In this document: piece by piece, positions 17,513 through 26,237 of the stretch
Position numbering within the stretch: position 1 is the first letter of the stretch
How the letters are laid out: every line of letters starts with the position of its first letter
Origin: Thermoplasmata archaeon
Lineage (GTDB): Archaea; Thermoplasmatota; Thermoplasmata; Thermoplasmatales; ARK-15
Direction of reading: 5' to 3'
Assembly: GCA_039794005.1 (NCBI GenBank)
Contig: JBAMMA010000010.1
Span: forward strand, 2,825 to 35,427
DNA length: 32,603 bases
Translations under genes and position numbers: made by a program
The notes under the pieces: model-generated
Database searches by the model: none
Seen by the model: the letters and a program-made list of their open reading frames with translations, nothing else
What the model was told of the DNA's origin: nothing

Positions 17513-20500
17513 ATGCGCTTAAAAATGGATGAGAATGCGAAAAGGGCTTTAGGAATTTCTTTGATATTGGCGGTCATAGTATTATTTGGATTTTTCTTAA
17601 GGACATATTATGTTCTGGGTGTATCAGTTAATAGCAATTTTGGAGTGTCAGGTGGTTCTGATAGCTTTTACCATGAAAGGGTAATTCAATATATAGTTGC
17701 AACCGGACATCAACTTATAAGGGACCCACTTTTGAATTACCCTGTAGGGGCAAACGATCCCAGGCCTCCATTTTTCGAGTGGTCTGTAGTATCTATGGCC
17801 TATTTTTACCTGCCATTTGTGAAGGGCATGGGAGATGCCCTTGGATATTCATTGATATTGATATCGGCAATATTTGGTGCCTTAATTGCAATCCCCACAT
17901 ATTTAATGGGATCTGAAGCTTTCAATAGAAGGGTGGGTATAATCTCAGCATTGCTCATTGCCACAAGCGCATCAAACATGATGAGGTCAATGGCATCATG
18001 GGGAGGATATGACGTTACAATATTGTTCTTTGCAATGTGGGCATGGTATTTCTTCTTAAAAGCCGTGAAGACCGTGAAGTATGAGGTTTATGTGGATAAT
18101 TATTTCAATAGATCATTATTAATAAGGGGAATAAAGAATTATTTTGCGAACAATAAAAGATCTTTACTATATTCTTCACTTGCGGGCATAAGTTTTGGCA
18201 CCATTGTTTTAATGTGGCAGGGTTTTGCATACGTTGAGGTTATTATTCTCCTTTATGTAATGTTCCAAGTTTTGTATAATAGAGTGAGAAACATATCATC
18301 ATTCCACCTGTTCTGGATAACTCTATTTTTAGGTCTTTTTGCATATCCCTTGGCCATACCTTTCTATTATGTTGATGTTACTAATATATTCACAAATACA
18401 TATTTCAGCACTCCATTGTACATATGGTTATTTGTTTTGATATTCATAGCACTTGTTGAATTGACAAACAAGATACCCTGGACACTTACCTTAACCGTTG
18501 TAATAATTTTCATTTTAGGTGTTCTATTGGCTGGAATATTCATATTCCCAGAAATAATGATATATATATATACAGGAGAAGGTTATTTTGTAAAAACTCC
18601 AATTTATGCAACAATTGCTGAAGCTCAATCTCCAACGCTTGGTGTAGTTGTAATGAGCGTTGGAGTAGGAGTATTCTTCCTGTGGGTAGGTGGATTATTC
18701 TTAATGTTGTGGGACATGAGGAAGAATAGGGCTGAATACTACCTCTATTTCATCATCTTTTCATTGATTTCCGTATACATGGCATTCGCAGCAGCAAGGT
18801 TCATATATGAAGCATCCCCTGCTTTTATAATTCCAGCGGCATATATGTTTGATAAAATAGTATCAAGGTTGAAAGTATATGAAATGGCAAGCAGCATAAA
18901 GGAATTGTCATTCTCATGGAGGAGCGTTTTAAAAAGGGGAATAAAATGGAGCAAGGTGGTTTCAATTATATTGATTGCATTCTTGATCATTTTGCCAAAC
19001 ATGTGGGCAGCCGTGGATTCCGCAATACCATTCAATACCAAAGTTCAGTACGATCAACATATATACAATGTTATGCCATCATTCCTAAGGCCACAGAATT
19101 ATACACCTCCATATTATTTGGGAGCCTATGGAGTTGAAATAGATAACAATCAGACAGATCCGTGGGTGATGGCCTTTCAGTGGTTATCCACCCAGGATAC
19201 AAACTATCCTCCTGCTAATAGGCCTGGATTTATATCCTGGTGGGACTACGGTTTCCAGGAGATAGAGCAGGGACAGCATCCAACTGTCGCTGATAACTTC
19301 CAGTACGGTTATCAGATCGGAGGGCAGGCGCTGATGGCCCAAAATGAATCGCAGGAAGTATCCCTGTATATAGCGAGGTTGTTGGATGCAACGCTTTTTA
19401 ACAAAACGTATGGTCAAGGGGTACAGAATATTTTGATAAAATATTTGGGCGAGAGTGAAGAGCAGAAGATAATTCAATATTATACGGTTCTGATGAAAAA
19501 TCCAGCACCGTATATAAAGGAAATAGTATCAAATCCAAATTATTACGGTAATTTTTCGGCAAATTTATCAAATGTTAATGCAAAATACATAATGGTGATG
19601 GGAGATCTTTCAAATAAATATAGTGAAGAAACATTGGTGAATTTATACATTTCATTGGAAAGATACACCGGTCTTGGAATTGAGTATTTTGCAACGGATT
19701 ATAGGCTATTCCCGTTATCTGGAATGAACACGGGTATATTCTATGCTCCTGCATATCTTTCTGGAAGAGTAACCGAGATAATAAATGGCGAATTCATACC
19801 AATAGATTTTTACAACATTGTGGCCGTGGATGTCAATGGAAATATTTACCCATTAAATCGAATTCCAGCAAATGCACAGATAGTGAATTATGAGATTGAA
19901 TACAAGCCAATGTTTTTCAAGACAATGTTATACAGAGCATATGTTGGATATTCAGGAATGAATCTGGGAATGGGCCCCCAGATACCCGGGTTATCCACAA
20001 ACATGTCCTATTATCCAATAATGCCGGCATGGAATTTAACACATTTTGAAGTGGTATATTCAATGTCTTTTTGGAATCCATACAAAAATTACCAGAACCA
20101 TTCAGATGCATGGAGGCCAGTTCCTTTGGAGGAGGCATATTATTTGCAAAAGACGAATAACGGTACTGTAGTACTATTCCCATCGGCAAAGGAACTATTG
20201 CAGCAAAATGTAATTATATTGAAATTTTATCCGGGTGCGATTATTGAAGGACGTGTAACATTACCGAATGGCCAACCATTAGCAAATGTTTTGGTAACCC
20301 TGGATGATCAGTATGGAATACCTCACAGTTATGTTTACACAAATTCCCAGGGCTATTATAAATTGTATGCGGTTGCTGGAAATGATACCATAATAGTTTC
20401 AACCGATGGTGGATTCAACAGTTTGTATTTAACAGAAAAGACAATATTGGCGTCAAAATCGATATACGTTTCCAATGACCAGGCCCTAAGAATAGAAACA

Positions 20501-23500
20501 TCAACCAATGAATATGGAATGCCTAATTATTACATAATTCAGAATTTTGTCATAAATCAATCAAGCCTAAATGGGATGGTATATTATCAGTTCAATAAAA
20601 ATTCAACATTTTCACAGGGCGATATTCCCTTAAAGAATGCCATAATCTATCTAGTAAACAGCACATACAAATTAAATTATTCAACAGTCGTTAAGGAAAG
20701 CGGATACTATTCAATTGAAAATATAATACCTCATCAATATAATATATATATTAAAATGAACAACACATTCAGTTATGTTTCAAACATAACCTTGACTCCA
20801 GGCGAAAATTTAACCAAGGACATTCCTCTGAAGCCGGGAATTATACAGGGCTTGGTTTTATATGAAAATGGAACTGCTGTAAAAAATGCAACGCTTGTTT
20901 TATCCAATGGCATAACGGTAAAATCAACCAAATTTGGAGAGTTTACCATATATACGCCACCAGGGCATTTCAAACTATATGTAATAAAAGATGGATATTA
21001 TGCAAATCCGATTTCCTTAACAATAACCACATGGGGTATGAATATTACAAAGGATATTACACTTCAAAATGCCTACAATGTTACTTTAAACATATATCTT
21101 GACAATCAACCCGTTCAGAATGCTATGGTTAGGCTTATAGATGAATTCAATTTCCAAAACATATTCGTATTCCATTCAAATAATAATGGAATTGTAAATG
21201 CTCAGATACCCTATGGATATTATTCAGTTTACATTTTATACAGCAATGGAATAAACAATTACGCTTATATTGGCAATATTTCTGCAAACCAGACAATAAA
21301 TATGAGCGTTCAATTGAAATTATCATATCCCGTATATGGATATGTTTATGCCGGTAAATTCAAAGAGGCAAATGTGGAATTGATGTTTTTAAATGGGTAC
21401 AACTTCATAAGATTATATACAAATAGTTCTGGATACTATCTGGTATATTTGCCCGTTGGAATATATAACGTTGGAACATATTATACCAATAGTACAGGAT
21501 ATTATTCATACTATACCAGGATAACTGTGTCTGCTCCGATTCAATTAAACCTATACATGTCAAAGGCTTTCCCAGTAAATGGAACAATATTATATGGTGT
21601 CAACAGAATGAAAATGGGAATAGTATTTCTTGAAGGTCCACTCGGAATAATGTATGAAACGTTCATTTCACCGGATGGAGATTTCCATCTATACCCGAAT
21701 TTCATGGATTATAATGTCAGTGCAATAATTCCAGGATATTATGTTAAAAACATAACTGTGAGAAATAACTTCATAGATATATACATGAATCAACAGATGG
21801 TGAGATTAATAGGATATCTCAACTATTCGAAATATTACAATGGATCCGTTGAATTAATATTCCAGCATGGAAATTCTATCTATAAGGTTAGGACGAGCAG
21901 CAGGGAATATTCAATCTATTTACCTCCAGGGGGATATAATTTATCCATTCAGGCAAAGAATTTAATTGCGATTCCTGATATTACATTTATTTCTGTAAAT
22001 GGTGGCCAGAGTGAAATTGTTCAGAATATTTCCATTGATATGAAAGCAAAGGTAACAATATCGCCATATTCACAGAACGTCTATTGGTTTAACGATAGGG
22101 GTAATATTATAAATTATGGAAATAATGTAACATTGCCTCTGGGTTATTATAATTATTACATTTATAAGGGCAATTTAGGCTACATAGGATCAATTTTTGT
22201 AAACACATCGATCATCTTTGAAACTAACATGGTTCAAGCATACATTGTTGATATCAACATATTAAATTACACGGGAACTGTAAATCTATATATCGATTAT
22301 AACCATCATATAATATCCAAACCAGTCATGGGAAAAGTGACAATGATATTGCCTGAAGGATTCTATCATTTCTATATTTCTCAAATCGTGAATGAAACAA
22401 TCCCCACTCAGCTTGAATCTTCATATTATGCCTTCATATTCATGAATATGAATATAAACATTTACGTAAAATCGCATCCATATTTAATATATTTGACGGG
22501 TAATATAAATTCCGGAGGCTATTACACAAATATATTCCTCTTTGGAAATTACAACTATTCCTTCGGTGGATTCAACCATTATAATATATCCATTTATCCT
22601 GGACATTACGTTATATATGCATACTCAATATCCGGAATTGAAAAATCATACATAGGTGAAATTAACGTCATGGAATCCAAAACGTTCAACATCACATTAT
22701 GGAATTCGAGCATCTATTATATAAATCCAGTTGTTCCTTACCATCAATATAAAGGAAGATTCTATATGTTTAACAACACCTTCAACATTTCCTTGTATTA
22801 TGATGGAATACCGATAGAAATAGTTCTGAAGAGTGGAAATTATTCATTCTATGGAACATTTAACGTTACCGAATATGGTGTAAATGTTGAATACGTTTTG
22901 AATAAAACATACCAATTTGGAAGATCAATGTTTATAAATCCAATGTTTGAAAGGGTAAATGTAAATTCAATATTATTGAACGTTTTAACCCCAAGAATAA
23001 ACGCCAGTGTAAATCAAACTCTGACATATTATGTTGAGGTATTGAACAAAGGTAATCTCCCTGAAAATGTCACACTAGAAAGCGTTGGGATGTGGAATGT
23101 AACGTTCAATGAAACAAAGCTTTTCTTGATGCCTTCACAGGGCAAAGTAATAAAGGCGTATTACAAGGTTCAGGATACAGATACCCTGGGATTGAATTAC
23201 GTTCAGATTAGGGCAATTTACGGTAATGGATTGGTCGCGGGTGCTTCCCTCGTTGTAAATGTATCCCCCTATCACAAAGTATTTATAAAATTTGGAAAAC
23301 CCTATATTGATGGAAACAACATAGTTGTCAATTTCACAATCTATAACCATGGAAATGTGAATGAAAATGTTACATTCGGTGTAATAAATTCAATTCAGTT
23401 GTATTCCCTAGGGTGGAAATCCTATATATCAAATACATCTGGAAATAAAAATTATATCATTGTATATACATATTCATCAAAGAATCTCACTTTAATATTA

Positions 23501-23752
23501 ACACCCTATAAAGCTGCATATTCTCCTTTGATATATATTGGAATATCCTTGAACTATTCAAACATGCAGACAATTTCATACACAAATATATCTGTACCGT
23601 ATTTGAATAATGTATACGAAAAGATTGAAACCGGAAACATCAGTTATGTTATACCAAATTATGCCATTGAAATGGAATATCTATTAATTTCATCTGCAAT
23701 CCTATTTTTCATCACAATATCTTACATATTATTTAGGAGGGTAAGGAGATGA
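17513..23752 (+). CDS. aglB: Oligosaccharyltransferase AglB (STT3 family) with very long C-terminal beta-sandwich repeat extension and terminal TM anchor
   Basis: Multi-TM N-terminal region with GSDSFYH (17660), LNYPVG, TIAE (18611-18622), AARF, SWWDYG (WWDYG 19238-19252) and VADNFQ. About 1170 aa of carboxypeptidase-regulatory-like/CARDB-like repeats follow. Start placed at ATG 17513 after GGTGA (17501-17505). Confidence 0.92.
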   Translation: MRLKMDENAKRALGISLILAVIVLFGFFLRTYYVLGVSVNSNFGVSGGSDSFYHERVIQYIVATGHQLIRDPLLNYPVGANDPRPPFFEWSVVSMAYFYLPFVKGMGDALGYSLILISAIFGALIAIPTYLMGSEAFNRRVGIISALLIATSASNMMRSMASWGGYDVTILFFAMWAWYFFLKAVKTVKYEVYVDNYFNRSLLIRGIKNYFANNKRSLLYSSLAGISFGTIVLMWQGFAYVEVIILLYVMFQVLYNRVRNISSFHLFWITLFLGLFAYPLAIPFYYVDVTNIFTNTYFSTPLYIWLFVLIFIALVELTNKIPWTLTLTVVIIFILGVLLAGIFIFPEIMIYIYTGEGYFVKTPIYATIAEAQSPTLGVVVMSVGVGVFFLWVGGLFLMLWDMRKNRAEYYLYFIIFSLISVYMAFAAARFIYEASPAFIIPAAYMFDKIVSRLKVYEMASSIKELSFSWRSVLKRGIKWSKVVSIILIAFLIILPNMWAAVDSAIPFNTKVQYDQHIYNVMPSFLRPQNYTPPYYLGAYGVEIDNNQTDPWVMAFQWLSTQDTNYPPANRPGFISWWDYGFQEIEQGQHPTVADNFQYGYQIGGQALMAQNESQEVSLYIARLLDATLFNKTYGQGVQNILIKYLGESEEQKIIQYYTVLMKNPAPYIKEIVSNPNYYGNFSANLSNVNAKYIMVMGDLSNKYSEETLVNLYISLERYTGLGIEYFATDYRLFPLSGMNTGIFYAPAYLSGRVTEIINGEFIPIDFYNIVAVDVNGNIYPLNRIPANAQIVNYEIEYKPMFFKTMLYRAYVGYSGMNLGMGPQIPGLSTNMSYYPIMPAWNLTHFEVVYSMSFWNPYKNYQNHSDAWRPVPLEEAYYLQKTNNGTVVLFPSAKELLQQNVIILKFYPGAIIEGRVTLPNGQPLANVLVTLDDQYGIPHSYVYTNSQGYYKLYAVAGNDTIIVSTDGGFNSLYLTEKTILASKSIYVSNDQALRIETSTNEYGMPNYYIIQNFVINQSSLNGMVYYQFNKNSTFSQGDIPLKNAIIYLVNSTYKLNYSTVVKESGYYSIENIIPHQYNIYIKMNNTFSYVSNITLTPGENLTKDIPLKPGIIQGLVLYENGTAVKNATLVLSNGITVKSTKFGEFTIYTPPGHFKLYVIKDGYYANPISLTITTWGMNITKDITLQNAYNVTLNIYLDNQPVQNAMVRLIDEFNFQNIFVFHSNNNGIVNAQIPYGYYSVYILYSNGINNYAYIGNISANQTINMSVQLKLSYPVYGYVYAGKFKEANVELMFLNGYNFIRLYTNSSGYYLVYLPVGIYNVGTYYTNSTGYYSYYTRITVSAPIQLNLYMSKAFPVNGTILYGVNRMKMGIVFLEGPLGIMYETFISPDGDFHLYPNFMDYNVSAIIPGYYVKNITVRNNFIDIYMNQQMVRLIGYLNYSKYYNGSVELIFQHGNSIYKVRTSSREYSIYLPPGGYNLSIQAKNLIAIPDITFISVNGGQSEIVQNISIDMKAKVTISPYSQNVYWFNDRGNIINYGNNVTLPLGYYNYYIYKGNLGYIGSIFVNTSIIFETNMVQAYIVDINILNYTGTVNLYIDYNHHIISKPVMGKVTMILPEGFYHFYISQIVNETIPTQLESSYYAFIFMNMNINIYVKSHPYLIYLTGNINSGGYYTNIFLFGNYNYSFGGFNHYNISIYPGHYVIYAYSISGIEKSYIGEINVMESKTFNITLWNSSIYYINPVVPYHQYKGRFYMFNNTFNISLYYDGIPIEIVLKSGNYSFYGTFNVTEYGVNVEYVLNKTYQFGRSMFINPMFERVNVNSILLNVLTPRINASVNQTLTYYVEVLNKGNLPENVTLESVGMWNVTFNETKLFLMPSQGKVIKAYYKVQDTDTLGLNYVQIRAIYGNGLVAGASLVVNVSPYHKVFIKFGKPYIDGNNIVVNFTIYNHGNVNENVTFGVINSIQLYSLGWKSYISNTSGNKNYIIVYTYSSKNLTLILTPYKAAYSPLIYIGISLNYSNMQTISYTNISVPYLNNVYEKIETGNISYVIPNYAIEMEYLLISSAILFFITISYILFRRVRR

Positions 23753-24501
23753 ATAAGGGCATAGTTATAATATCCATCATGTTACTAATTATTTTTCAAT
23801 CCTACATTTCCATAGCTTCCCCGATAAATGTAAATGTTTCAGGACCAACATACGTTGGGACAAACACAACAGAAACATATACAATATATGTGAATGGCTA
23901 TTTCTATAAATATGGATACCATTTATTCCTCACAGGTGAGAATTTATCCGGGTTAAATCAAGTAGAGTATACCGGGATGTCCTCAAAGGGTGTATTCAAG
24001 GTAAACATAACGTTTCCTGCAATACCACAAGTGGTCGAACTTACGGTCATGGGAATGGGATATTATGAGAATTCATCAACACCATATACACAGATATTTT
24101 ATTACAAGATAAATGTTGTAAAATCGATACCTTTTACCGTTAGAATATACAATCCATCATCTTTGATAATAAGAAATGTAACGCTGTCATATTACCTAAA
24201 CGGTAATTTTATTGGAAATCAAACCGTATCATTGATCAACCCCGGTCAATATGAAAACATAACGTATTACTATGTTGGAACATTGAACCAGGGTACAAAT
24301 ACTCTGTTGGTTAAAATAAATTCATCAGTATTGAAATTCTCTAATCATTCCAATGTTTATACATTGAATTTTTACTATGGAAGTCCTCCGAACTATAGCT
24401 GGGCCTGGTATGTATTTGCTGTTGTTGTATTGGTTGTAGTATTTTTAATATTGATGGCCGAATTTTCAAGGAGAAGACCGAGGCCAAAGTGGAAAAAATA
24501 A
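23749..24501 (+). CDS. Secreted, C-terminally anchored Ig/CARDB-like protein coupled to aglB
   Basis: Signal peptide, two beta-rich domains (VRIYNPS...NVTLSYYLNGNFIG...INPGQYENITY is CARDB-like), TM helix, RRRPRPKWKK tail. ATGA overlap with the aglB stop. Confidence 0.75.
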   Translation: MNKGIVIISIMLLIIFQSYISIASPINVNVSGPTYVGTNTTETYTIYVNGYFYKYGYHLFLTGENLSGLNQVEYTGMSSKGVFKVNITFPAIPQVVELTVMGMGYYENSSTPYTQIFYYKINVVKSIPFTVRIYNPSSLIIRNVTLSYYLNGNFIGNQTVSLINPGQYENITYYYVGTLNQGTNTLLVKINSSVLKFSNHSNVYTLNFYYGSPPNYSWAWYVFAVVVLVVVFLILMAEFSRRRPRPKWKK

Positions 24502-25215
24502 TTATTTTTTTCTCCTTTCTAAATTTATTGCCTCTTCTAACGTTATAATTCCCTTTATCACAAGTATTGCCAGCTCCTTCGAAATCGTGATTTCATTGTT
24601 GCTCTGTATTCTACTAATCCTCTGGACATCTTTTATTTGACCTGATTTTATTTTATTTTTTATATTCTTTTTAATAAATTTCCCATTTTTTGTTGCAATC
24701 TTTCTCGCCGCCTCAATATTCCTATTTTTTATGGATGTTGTTTTATCCTCATTTATAATTTCCACCTCATAATCCCTGTAAAGTGAATTTATTATGATAT
24801 TCCTCCTGTGTATATCTCCCCCTCCAATTTTGATTAAAAATTTTGATGGACTGTAATCCCTGTAAATTTTATCTATAATGCTTCTTACCTTGTTTGGAGA
24901 TGTTATTTCAAAACCCTCAAGCATATATCCATCACCCAATACAACAACTCCCGTTCTCTCCCCTGGATCTATGCCGATTATTATTTCATCAAATTTCTCC
25001 TTTCCATATAAATAGCTCAAAGCCCTTCTCACTGCCCTCTCGGGATCACTTTCCCTGATTGTATTTTTAAATTCTTTTTCTGTATCTGTTATGACCACTG
25101 CTATATTCTTGTAGTCACTTTCATGGAGGTCGACGAAATCGAGATTTCTAAGCCTCAATTCCTTTAAAAGAATGTAATAGTATTTGGGATTTTCAATAAA
25201 TATTCCTATCTTCAT
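24502..25215 (-). CDS. Uncharacterised archaeal protein with RNase H-fold (YqgF/RuvC-like) core
   Basis: IIGIDPGERTGVVV first-strand motif; INEDKTT and NIEAARKI resemble the DERxTT and DxxAA elements of YqgF. Confidence 0.65.
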   Translation of the reverse strand: MKIGIFIENPKYYYILLKELRLRNLDFVDLHESDYKNIAVVITDTEKEFKNTIRESDPERAVRRALSYLYGKEKFDEIIIGIDPGERTGVVVLGDGYMLEGFEITSPNKVRSIIDKIYRDYSPSKFLIKIGGGDIHRRNIIINSLYRDYEVEIINEDKTTSIKNRNIEAARKIATKNGKFIKKNIKNKIKSGQIKDVQRISRIQSNNEITISKELAILVIKGIITLEEAINLERRKK

Positions 25216-25874
25216 CTCTCCACTCCCTTTCTAAATGAACAGTAATCACCGAGAGGGCAGCCTTCACATTTTGGCTCCTTTTTACAGTATCTCTTACCCA
25301 ATTCAACCAAAAGGGCATGAAATTCTTTCAGTTTATCTATCTCCCTTAATGTATCAATTACATGATTTTTAATTTCCTCCCTTTTTGATGGAAGACCCAG
25401 CCTCTGGAATATCCTTATAGTATATGAATCCACAACAAAAATTTTTTTATCCAGAGCATATAATAAAATACTCTCTGCAGTTTCTTCCCCAATCCCCTTC
25501 AATGAAATTAGATATTTATATAAATAATCTAGATCATAATTCATCATATTTTCCACATTTCCAAAGTCAATTAAAATTCTCCTTGAAATGTTTTTCAGCC
25601 TTTCAGCCTTTTGCTTGTAAAAACCAGAAGGTTTTATTAATTCATATAGATCTCTTAAATCAATTTCGCTAATTTTTTCAATATCCAAAATCCCTTTTTC
25701 CTTCAAATTTTTTATAGCCTTCTCTACATTTTTCCAGGATGTATTCTGCGTTAAAATAGAGCCAACAATAACCTCATACCTTGTCTCGGCTGGCCACCAA
25801 TTCTGAGGGCCAAAATAATTTAAAAGGTTATCAAAGATTTTTTCAATCCTCTCACTTATTGCTGAGGAAATCAT
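25212..25874 (-). CDS. Endonuclease III-related HhH-GPD DNA glycosylase with 4Fe-4S motif (COG2231-like)
   Basis: GPQNWWPAE, ILTQNTSWKNVEKA, IKPSGFYKQKA, HhH LKGIGEETAESILLYA, FVVDSY, C-x5-C-x2-C-x5-C. Confidence 0.9.
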   Translation of the reverse strand: MISSAISERIEKIFDNLLNYFGPQNWWPAETRYEVIVGSILTQNTSWKNVEKAIKNLKEKGILDIEKISEIDLRDLYELIKPSGFYKQKAERLKNISRRILIDFGNVENMMNYDLDYLYKYLISLKGIGEETAESILLYALDKKIFVVDSYTIRIFQRLGLPSKREEIKNHVIDTLREIDKLKEFHALLVELGKRYCKKEPKCEGCPLGDYCSFRKGVER

Positions 25875-26169
25875 CTCTAATTTTTATCGGGTCTTTATCG
25901 GGAGGTACTATCAATGCCCAGAAATCCCTAGGGCCATTTGGGAACATCACGATGTTTCCCTCTTGACCGTTTATTGTTATTAAATGTGGATCTTTAAACC
26001 TCAATTCATCATATGCGGTAGCTGCACCACCATATACAGTTGCGCACATTATTGAAAATGTTTCTTTATCAACGTAATCAGGTAGCACACTTTCCTCTAA
26101 TGTTCCATCCCTTTTAATTAAGCTTGCACCTATAATTCCCAAATTTTTTAATACATCTACATTTATCAT
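25852..26169 (-). CDS. Roadblock/LC7 domain protein
   Basis: GASLIKRDGTLEESVLP...TFSIMCATVYGGAATAYDEL matches the roadblock/MglB pattern. Start placed at ATG 26169. Confidence 0.82.
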   Translation of the reverse strand: MINVDVLKNLGIIGASLIKRDGTLEESVLPDYVDKETFSIMCATVYGGAATAYDELRFKDPHLITINGQEGNIVMFPNGPRDFWALIVPPDKDPIKIRDDFLSNK

Positions 26170-26237
26170 ATTACATCCCACTCAATGGTGAGTTAACATT
26201 AATGGTATTATTATTTAATTTAATAAAGTTTATGCTT

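Noticed and set aside
17513-23752. Intein or frameshift as the cause of AglB length
   Set aside because: No recognisable intein N-terminal block, HN-C/S/T junction or LAGLIDADG motif; the extra length is repeated beta-sandwich domains in one open frame.
24502-25215. Transposase or TnpB-like RuvC indicating a mobile element
   Set aside because: No zinc finger, terminal repeats or target duplication; the gene is tightly coupled in an operon and abuts its neighbour with no spacer.
26180-26193. Small hairpin ACTCA-ATGG-TGAGT upstream of the roadblock gene
   Set aside because: A five-base-pair stem is too weak to support a regulatory RNA call.
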